Shown piece after piece: positions 19,523 to 26,347 of a stretch of DNA of 64,000 bases (position 1 is the first letter of the stretch; the number at the start of each line of letters is the position of its first letter). Made by a program: the position numbers and the translations under genes. The notes under the pieces were generated by a model, which ran no database searches, had not been told where the DNA came from, and saw nothing but the letters and a program-made list of their open reading frames with translations. The stretch is from an uncultured Terrimonas sp. (GTDB taxonomy: Bacteria; Bacteroidota; Bacteroidia; Chitinophagales; Chitinophagaceae), in NCBI GenBank assembly GCA_964461595.1, contig CAYWVB010000023.1:3340-67339 (forward strand), read 5' to 3'.

Positions 19523-19853
19523 TCCTGTATTGGCAAAAAAAACATTGGGTTTGGTCAATTTTATTGTTGTACTTAATGATCCTTTTAAGAATCTTTATGC
19601 CACCTTTTTCACGGGATTAACCGGCCAGCAGGGAGCGCGGGGTACAAGGCGGATACCAGAGCTGTTTGGCAATGATATTTGGGTAAGGGGCTCTGGGTTC
19701 GCGGCAGCGCATGATTATAATGATGAGATTTATTTTTTCGGTAATTATAACGGGAAGGTACCTAACCAAACGAAACCCCGAAGGGGTGGTATATATTAAC
19801 GATGGACACAGCCCATCGAATCAGGCGTAAGCCCATCAGATAAACATAAACTG

Positions 19854-22157
19854 ATGGAAGAACTAAAATCACATTATAATATGTATCAAAATCATTTGAA
19901 AAGAATATTGCTTTCAGGAGTACTGGCTTTCATGGTATTGCATCTTTGCGCCCAGTGGGATTTCAAGACCGATTATTTTAAGATCCACATCAATAACAAA
20001 GGCTTTATCACCAGCATGAAAAGCATTGCCGCTTTCCCCCACCGTGAGTTTAGCCCTGCAGGTAAACCCTCACCGTTGATGTTATTGTATGACGGGAATA
20101 AAAAGCAGTATTACCAGCCGGTTAAGGCATCTTATCAGAAAACAGGGAACCTGGTAATCCTCCGGTTTACGAACGGATCAGTGGCGCAGATACGCTTACA
20201 ACCACAAGCCAAATACCTGAAGCTCACATTGCTGTCACTCTCCAACAGGAAAGATATTGAAGACGTGCAGTGGGGAACGTATCATACCAATATCACCAAC
20301 CTGTTGGGCGAGATCATCGGCGTGGCGCGCGATACCAGCGAAGCAGTGAATTATGCCATCGGTATGCTGGCGCTGGACGATAATACGCTTAGCGGACTTT
20401 CATCCACCGTTGGCGATGCAGCGCCTTTCCAGTATATCATTCATACACCGGATGCAAAACGGTTTCCGTTGCCTGATTCATTGCATGAAGGACAGGTATT
20501 CAGCCTTGGCGGCAATGGCATCAGTGATGTGGCGTTTTATGCCCATAAGGAACCCTGGTACCGCATTATGTATGGCGATGCCGCACAGGTGGATGCCAAA
20601 GGGCGTATCTCCATTGCTTACCACTCAAGAAACCGCACCGGAAAAAGAGAGATCCTGTTTTCGCTTATACCGCACATGGCGGCAAACACGCCCAATCACA
20701 TAGAGGTGCAGCCCCTGCCCGGCGTGGATTATATAGGATCGTCCGTAGCGCTGTGGGGTAGCCCCGACAGCACGGCGCTCTTAGATGTGATTCAAAACAT
20801 TGTTTTGTCGGAAAAGCTGCCTTATCCTACCATCAATGGTAAATGGGTAAAAGACCCTGCCGCTTACGTGCCCGACCTGCTGACCAGCGGCGGTCTGTAC
20901 GACAGCAGCATTGCCTATGCAAAGCGGTTAGGATTTAAAGCGATCAGCCTGTACGACCAGGGATTTTTAAGACCCGACCGCGGCAACGGGGGATATATAG
21001 ACGGCATACACTTTGAGAATAAGCCCATAAAAATGACAGCCGGGAATAAATCGCAAAAAGAATTTTCTGAACTGGCTGCCAGGGAAGGAATTATCATCGG
21101 GCGCACACCCATCACCAATTCGCTGGCGCCCGGTACAAAGGATGCAAGCCCCGTTCCGAGCGACAGCCTCTGTTACCAGCAGAAACGTTTGCTGGCAAAA
21201 GGTATCAGCCCTGACGATACCATCATCATTGTAAATGACCCGAAACATCTGGAAGAGATCGCCAGTTGGGAAGGACATTGCGCCAGCCTGAACATGATAA
21301 AGATCGGTAAAGAACTTATTCACTATCTTGGCGTAGCTGACAAGCCCCCTTACCGTTTGCTGAACGTACAGCGCGGTTACTGGAAAACAGCTGCGGCGGC
21401 GCATAACGCCGGCGATACGGTTTACAAATTGCAGGTTACGGTCAATTATGGATATGACGGGATCATTCCCAATATGCAGTTGCAGGATGAAATTGCAAAA
21501 TGGTATGCCGCGGTTTGCAGCATCAACGGGCTGGCATATTATGATTTTGACGGGCAGGAGTTTTTATTCAATAACGGGCACGGCTACTACTCTGCCAAAC
21601 GGTTCTTCCATAAAATGTTTGACCATGCTAAACAACTGGGCGTGCCTTATATCCGGTTTACAGGAGCTACTTTATCAGAAGGCTCCTGGCATTATCAAAG
21701 CATCTGGAATGTAGGCGGCGGAAAAAATTTGTATGATGCGGATACCCGGGAATGGGGCAGCACTACCAGCCAGGGAAAAGACCTCCGGGATGTAACCTAT
21801 TCCAATTTTTTTCCTGTAGGCATGGGCGGCAATTTTCCCATTACCGCCAAATCAACTGCAGAGCAATACGAGCATATACAAGCTATTTCAGTTGGAGTGG
21901 GCACTACTTATAGTCTTCAGTTAAACCAGAAAGATGTGGAAAGCTGTCCGCAGAAAGAAGCCATTTTCAGCGTGATCCGCACCTGGGAAGATGCACGCGC
22001 CGCCAATGCTTTTCCCCGGCGCATTAAAATGCAGTTGGCAGACCCTCAAAGAAACTGGAGGTTAGAAGCGAAAGATGCCAATACCTGGGTGTTGTATGAA
22101 ATGATCAACGGCAGTAAGGTCAACCCGGTAACGCTAACAAGAGCGCCGGGATATTAA
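19854..22157 (+). CDS. Secreted protein of unassigned family (paralogue 2); putative novel PUL glycosidase
   Basis: 767 aa. The likely start is ATG 19881 (MYQNHLKRILLSGVLAFMVLHLCAQ signal). It aligns with ORF 17117-19522 from N- to C-terminus at low identity. Confidence 0.6.
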   Translation: MEELKSHYNMYQNHLKRILLSGVLAFMVLHLCAQWDFKTDYFKIHINNKGFITSMKSIAAFPHREFSPAGKPSPLMLLYDGNKKQYYQPVKASYQKTGNLVILRFTNGSVAQIRLQPQAKYLKLTLLSLSNRKDIEDVQWGTYHTNITNLLGEIIGVARDTSEAVNYAIGMLALDDNTLSGLSSTVGDAAPFQYIIHTPDAKRFPLPDSLHEGQVFSLGGNGISDVAFYAHKEPWYRIMYGDAAQVDAKGRISIAYHSRNRTGKREILFSLIPHMAANTPNHIEVQPLPGVDYIGSSVALWGSPDSTALLDVIQNIVLSEKLPYPTINGKWVKDPAAYVPDLLTSGGLYDSSIAYAKRLGFKAISLYDQGFLRPDRGNGGYIDGIHFENKPIKMTAGNKSQKEFSELAAREGIIIGRTPITNSLAPGTKDASPVPSDSLCYQQKRLLAKGISPDDTIIIVNDPKHLEEIASWEGHCASLNMIKIGKELIHYLGVADKPPYRLLNVQRGYWKTAAAAHNAGDTVYKLQVTVNYGYDGIIPNMQLQDEIAKWYAAVCSINGLAYYDFDGQEFLFNNGHGYYSAKRFFHKMFDHAKQLGVPYIRFTGATLSEGSWHYQSIWNVGGGKNLYDADTREWGSTTSQGKDLRDVTYSNFFPVGMGGNFPITAKSTAEQYEHIQAISVGVGTTYSLQLNQKDVESCPQKEAIFSVIRTWEDARAANAFPRRIKMQLADPQRNWRLEAKDANTWVLYEMINGSKVNPVTLTRAPGY

Positions 22158-22241
22158 TAATGCAACACGAAGAATAAAAAAAACGAACCAAAGCAAACGG
22201 AACAGCCGGCGGCATTGCAGGGAATGGTAAAAAGGAACATG

Positions 22242-22985
22242 CTAATTTTCCCTTCTGCTTTCAATAATATATACAAAGCTGTCGGCCCTGTAAAAGCCTA
22301 AATTGTATTCCGTCGGGCGCTCCACCTGGTCGTAAACGAATCGTTTCCTGAATAAAACAGGGCTGCCAACGTCAAGCTGCAATTTGCCGGCTAAAAATTT
22401 GTCGGCTGCCCGGGCGCTGATCTCTTCCTTGGAAAGATTGGCAATGACCTGGTGATCTTTTTCCAGGATTTCATACAGGGGACGCTTGAAATCTTCTTCG
22501 CCTGTAAGCCCGATCCGCGGATGGAAATACGAAACAAAGTAAACGAACGGGCCTTCTGGTCTTCCTCTTAAGCGTTCTAACTTTAATACTTTTTTGTTGG
22601 CATTGATTTCAAAAAAATTAGCAATGCTTTCTTCCGGCTTTACCCAGCTTAAGCTGAGTTCAAAATTTTTGATGGGTATGCCCCGTATCGCCATTTCCTG
22701 CGAAAAGCTCAGCCAGTTCAGCGCTTTAGAGCTAACCATATTGTTCACCTTGGTGCCAATGCCCTTTTTGCGTACCAGCAGCCCTTCATACACGAGCTTA
22801 TTAATGGCCTGCCGTAAAGTGCCTCTCGATATGTTCAGCTTATGGGCAAGCTCAATTTCGTTGGGCAGGTGCTTACCCTTCTGGTACTGGGGTTGTTTTG
22901 CTATTTTTCTAAGGAGCTCTTCCGCCTGTACATGCAGGGGAATAGGACTCTTGTGGTCAATTGAAAAACTCATACGTATTAACAA
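22242..22985 (-). CDS. GntR-family transcriptional regulator, HutC subfamily (wHTH + UTRA)
   Basis: 247 aa. The N-terminal wHTH is LPNEIELAHKLNISRGTLRQAINKLVYEGLLVRKKGIGTKV. The C-terminal UTRA-like part is FSQEMAIRGIPIKNFELS...LKLERLRGRPEGPFVYFVSYF...YRADSFVY. Confidence 0.88.
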   Translation of the reverse strand: MLIRMSFSIDHKSPIPLHVQAEELLRKIAKQPQYQKGKHLPNEIELAHKLNISRGTLRQAINKLVYEGLLVRKKGIGTKVNNMVSSKALNWLSFSQEMAIRGIPIKNFELSLSWVKPEESIANFFEINANKKVLKLERLRGRPEGPFVYFVSYFHPRIGLTGEEDFKRPLYEILEKDHQVIANLSKEEISARAADKFLAGKLQLDVGSPVLFRKRFVYDQVERPTEYNLGFYRADSFVYIIESRREN

Positions 22986-23028
22986 AGGTACGATATTACT
23001 TTTTCCGGCACATTCAGGAACAATTAAA

Positions 23029-23536
23029 GGCTAATTAATATTTTGAGGTGCCCGGATGTTGCCTTTTAGCCCGGAGGGCTGGAACATGAATAGCCCCCAA
23101 CGCAGTAGGGAGTAACCGATTCGAGCCGAAACAGCCCCGCTTGCGGGGTTGAATGTCAGAAACGAATGGCAGGATAGCTATGGCGCTTTCACGTATTCGG
23201 TAAGAGAAAAAGATACCATCATTAACTATATTAAGAATCAAAAAGATCATCACACAAAAGAAACATTCTATGACGAATTCAAAGACTGCTTATAGAAAAT
23301 GGTGTGGAATTCAATGAAAAACACCTGCGCTGAACTGCTTCATTCCACCCTTTCAGGGTTGTGTTGTTTGTGTATCCTTTACTCTGAGTTGCACCCAGGG
23401 CGATGCACATTTAGTCCGCCACCGCCAGAATGACTTCGTCGGGCAGGCGTGCCGGTACGCCTGCCTGAACTGCCGAACGGCAGGCAGGGACGGGCCCTCC
23501 GGGCTTTTCCCCGGCACCTCAAAATATTAATTAGCC
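23029..23536. mobile_element. 508-bp cassette bounded by perfect 24-bp terminal inverted repeats (MITE-like / REP-like), carrying a transposase stump
   Basis: GGCTAATTAATATTTTGAGGTGCC at 23029-23052 is the exact reverse complement of 23513-23536. A second inverted pair is AGCCCGGAGGGC at 23068-23079 and GCCCTCCGGGCT at 23494-23505. The flanking 8-mers are CAATTAAA (23021-23028) and CAATTACA (23537-23544), which match at 7 of 8 positions. Confidence 0.6.
23164..23333 (+). pseudogene. C-terminal remnant of an IS200/IS605-type (Y1, RayT-like) transposase, 5'-truncated and frameshifted
   Basis: The translation is EWQDSYGAFTYSVREKDTIINYIKNQKDHHTKETFYDEFKDCL-stop. It continues in the -1 frame as LLIENGVEFNEKHLR-stop. 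The W-Q-x-x-Y-G-A-F...Y-I-x-N-Q-x-x-H-H pattern is the conserved C-terminal part of Y1 transposases. No N-terminal HUH part is present. Confidence 0.6.
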
Positions 23537-23568
23537 CAATTACACTGACCGAAAAAAAAAATGGGTAT

Positions 23569-23593
23569 AATGTATATATGTATATACATTTGA
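23569..23593 (+). promoter_or_regulatory. Candidate promoter plus operator: 8-2-8 palindrome TGTATATA-TG-TATATACA overlapping a -7 box TACATTTG
   Basis: AATGTATATATGTATATACATTTGA is identical to 41357-41381. The core GTATATAC (23580-23587) fits the HutC-type GTnTAnAC pattern. TACATTTG (23585-23592) fits the Bacteroidota -7 consensus TAnnTTTG. It lies 59 nt upstream of the GH38-like ATG. Confidence 0.5.
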
Positions 23594-23651
23594 TTAGTGA
23601 AAAGAAAATAAACTTTATTTTCCTGTTTTTCAGGCAGCCTAATTTTTTACC

Positions 23652-26327
23652 ATGAAGCGCATAATCCTCTTCCTTTTTCTTATTGCATGTACGGCAACAG
23701 CCGCGTATACCCAGTTGAATAAAAACAAGCCGGTAAACCCCAAAGTAACCGATATATGGGTGGTGTTTAAAACACATTTTGATTTAGGCTTTACCGATCT
23801 GCCTGAAAATGTTTTTAAACGCTACCGGGAAGAAATGATGGATAATGCCCTGAAAGTAATGGAGCACAGTGAAACACTGCCGAAGGAGAAGCGTTTTGCC
23901 TGGACGGTTCCCGGGTGGCCGTTAGAGGCTCAGATACTGGGGCCACTGCAAACGCCCGAACGGAAGGCAAGGATCGGGAAAGCCATCCGGAACGGAACGC
24001 TGGCCGTACATGCGCTGCCCTTTACAACACATACCGAGTCGCTCGATTATGAAGACCTGGTGCGCGGGCTGGGCTATTCTTCGGCGGTGGCAAGGAAGTA
24101 CGGCCAGCCGTTGCCCATTAGTGCAAAGATGACAGATGTGCCCGGCCACTCATGGATCATGCCTACCCTGCTAAATCATGCAGGCGTCCGGTTCTTGCAA
24201 TTAGGCTGTAACCCCGCAAGCCAGTACCCGCGTTTTCCCGAACTGTTCTGGTGGGAAGGCGCCGATGGCTCAAAAATATTATGCAATTACACGGCTTTAT
24301 ATGGTTCTGATATCCGGCCAACCCCTGGTTGGCCCTGTAAGAATTACCTGGCCATGCAAATGACCGGCGACAATCACGGGCCACCCACAGCCGGGGAGAT
24401 TGATAAGCTGCTGGCTTATGCGGCAAAAGAATTACCGGGTATAAAAATTCATTTTGGCACGCTGGATGATTTTGCGAAAGCCATATTTGCAGAAAACCCT
24501 TCGTTGCCTACGGTAAAAGGTGATTGCCCGGATACCTGGATACAGGGCCTGCAATCCAACCCGCAGGAAACAAAGCTGGCAAGGGATATCCGCCCTATGG
24601 AACCGGCACTGGACGGATTGCATACACAATTAAAAGCCTGGGGAGCGCCTGTAGCACCAATTGCCGGAAAGCTGGACAAAGCTTATGAGCAAAGTTTATT
24701 GTATGCCGAACATACCTGGGGCATGAATGCGGAATATGGCCCCCGTTACAGCTATGGAGATGCCTGGAAAAAATGGATGGATGAAGCGGCAGCTGAACCA
24801 CTGCCGGAGAACAACAATTATGCTGCGCTGAAAAACAGCGATGCCCACAATACTTCAACCGGGAGCAAACGGAAATGGCTTCGTTCTTACGAAGATAAGC
24901 GGCAATACATCCGCAACACAAACGAAATCGTAAGCACAACGCTGCACAGTGAGCTGGATATACTGGCCGCATCGGTTAACAAGCAGGGAAAACGGGTGGT
25001 TGTATATAACCCGTTGCCCTGGAAAAGATCGGGCATGATAGAAAACCCGCTGGAGAAAGGTACCTTTTTTTATGCAGCGGACATAGCACCATCAGGCTAC
25101 AGCACCTATACTGCCGATGCATTGCAGCAGGGCGGCGCCAGCAGCGATGAACAACCCGTTTTCAGTACGCCTTATTATAAAGTTATTTTCGATTTAACCA
25201 AAGGGGGTATCGCATCCTTAATGGAAAGATCAACCGGCAGAGAACTCGTGGATACCGCATCGGGCTATACGCTGGGGCAATTTATGCACGAGCGCTTCAG
25301 CTCTAACGAAGTGGATACATGGTTCAATGCGTATAGCCGCATCAAAGACGGCTGGGGACTTAACGACCTGGGAAAACCCGGAATGCCCAAGGCAGATATT
25401 GTACCATATCTGGCATTTACGCCCCGGTCATGGAAGATAAGCGTTACCCATTCCGCTATGGCTGATATAGCTGTATTGACGGCCGTTACTACAGGTGGGT
25501 TTGCGAAGGGTTACACTTTAACCTTTACGTTTCCCCGTAAAGCGCCTTATGTAGATGTGGAGTGGATGGTGGACACCAAAACCGCCGACAAACAACCGGA
25601 AGGCGGCTGGCTTTGTTTTCCGTTCAAAGTGGAACAACCTACATTTACGATTGGCCGTTTAGGTGGCCCCGTCAATCCGGCAAAAGATATTATCGCAGGG
25701 ACCAACCGGTACTTAATGGCCGTAAATACAGGGGTAGCCGTTACGCAGGCCGATCACTCCGGCATGGCCATTACGCCAATTGATGCACCGTTGGTAAGCC
25801 TCGGTGTGCCCGGCCTGTGGAAATTTGATATGGACTATGTGCCCACCATACCATCCGTATTTGTGAACCTGTACAATAATATGTGGAATACAAATTTTCC
25901 TTTATGGCAGGATGGGTCGTGGAGCGAACGGGTGCGTGTGTGGCCCGTGCCTAAAGGTTCTCAGCCAGTTTCAAACCTGGTGCAAAATGCCTGGGAAGCG
26001 CGTTTGCCCTTATTAACAGGCGTGGCAGAAGGAGAAGCCGGGAAATTACCTGCCGCAAGAGCCGGTATTTCCATTTCCCGGAAAAATGTTTTGATCACAG
26101 CCTTTGGCGATAACCCCTACGGGAAAGGAACGATCCTCCGCCTGTGGGAGCAGGCAGGCGTTTCGGGCAAATGCACGGTGCAATTTACAACGGGCATAAA
26201 TGTGAAAGCCGTTGTACCCATTGATCTGAGAGGAACGGCTATTGGTAAAAAAATAACTGTGACCAACAACGCTTTTTCTTTTAACCTGGATAAATATACT
26301 CCGGCATCGTTCCTGCTTATTTATTAA
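23652..26327 (+). CDS. GH38-like alpha-mannosidase
   Basis: 891 aa with a signal peptide. VVFKTHFDLGFTD carries an HxD metal motif. MTDVPGHSW is the D..GH nucleophile region, as in the GH38 N-domain. The size and the GH92 context fit. Confidence 0.65.
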   Translation: MKRIILFLFLIACTATAAYTQLNKNKPVNPKVTDIWVVFKTHFDLGFTDLPENVFKRYREEMMDNALKVMEHSETLPKEKRFAWTVPGWPLEAQILGPLQTPERKARIGKAIRNGTLAVHALPFTTHTESLDYEDLVRGLGYSSAVARKYGQPLPISAKMTDVPGHSWIMPTLLNHAGVRFLQLGCNPASQYPRFPELFWWEGADGSKILCNYTALYGSDIRPTPGWPCKNYLAMQMTGDNHGPPTAGEIDKLLAYAAKELPGIKIHFGTLDDFAKAIFAENPSLPTVKGDCPDTWIQGLQSNPQETKLARDIRPMEPALDGLHTQLKAWGAPVAPIAGKLDKAYEQSLLYAEHTWGMNAEYGPRYSYGDAWKKWMDEAAAEPLPENNNYAALKNSDAHNTSTGSKRKWLRSYEDKRQYIRNTNEIVSTTLHSELDILAASVNKQGKRVVVYNPLPWKRSGMIENPLEKGTFFYAADIAPSGYSTYTADALQQGGASSDEQPVFSTPYYKVIFDLTKGGIASLMERSTGRELVDTASGYTLGQFMHERFSSNEVDTWFNAYSRIKDGWGLNDLGKPGMPKADIVPYLAFTPRSWKISVTHSAMADIAVLTAVTTGGFAKGYTLTFTFPRKAPYVDVEWMVDTKTADKQPEGGWLCFPFKVEQPTFTIGRLGGPVNPAKDIIAGTNRYLMAVNTGVAVTQADHSGMAITPIDAPLVSLGVPGLWKFDMDYVPTIPSVFVNLYNNMWNTNFPLWQDGSWSERVRVWPVPKGSQPVSNLVQNAWEARLPLLTGVAEGEAGKLPAARAGISISRKNVLITAFGDNPYGKGTILRLWEQAGVSGKCTVQFTTGINVKAVVPIDLRGTAIGKKITVTNNAFSFNLDKYTPASFLLIY

Positions 26328-26347
26328 TAGTACATAAAAATGCTTGT

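Noticed and set aside
19530-19799. 89-aa ORF in the spacer between the two paralogues
   Set aside because: It has no signal peptide, no recognisable domain and odd composition. It overlaps short hairpin-forming segments. It is more likely non-coding or a degenerate repeat remnant.
23029-23536. Invertible promoter (inverton) interpretation of the segment bounded by inverted repeats
   Set aside because: The only good -7 promoter box (23585-23592) and the palindromic operator lie outside the segment. No recombinase gene is in the window. The interior is a transposase stump rather than a promoter. I kept it as a MITE-like cassette and list read-pair orientation analysis as a check.
23379-23777. 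132-aa minus-strand ORF, and the 68-aa plus-strand ORF at 23449-23655
   Set aside because: Both run through the GC-rich hairpin region and the right inverted repeat of the cassette, and through the promoter/operator region. Their translations are Arg/Gly/Cys-rich repeat-like sequence rather than real protein.
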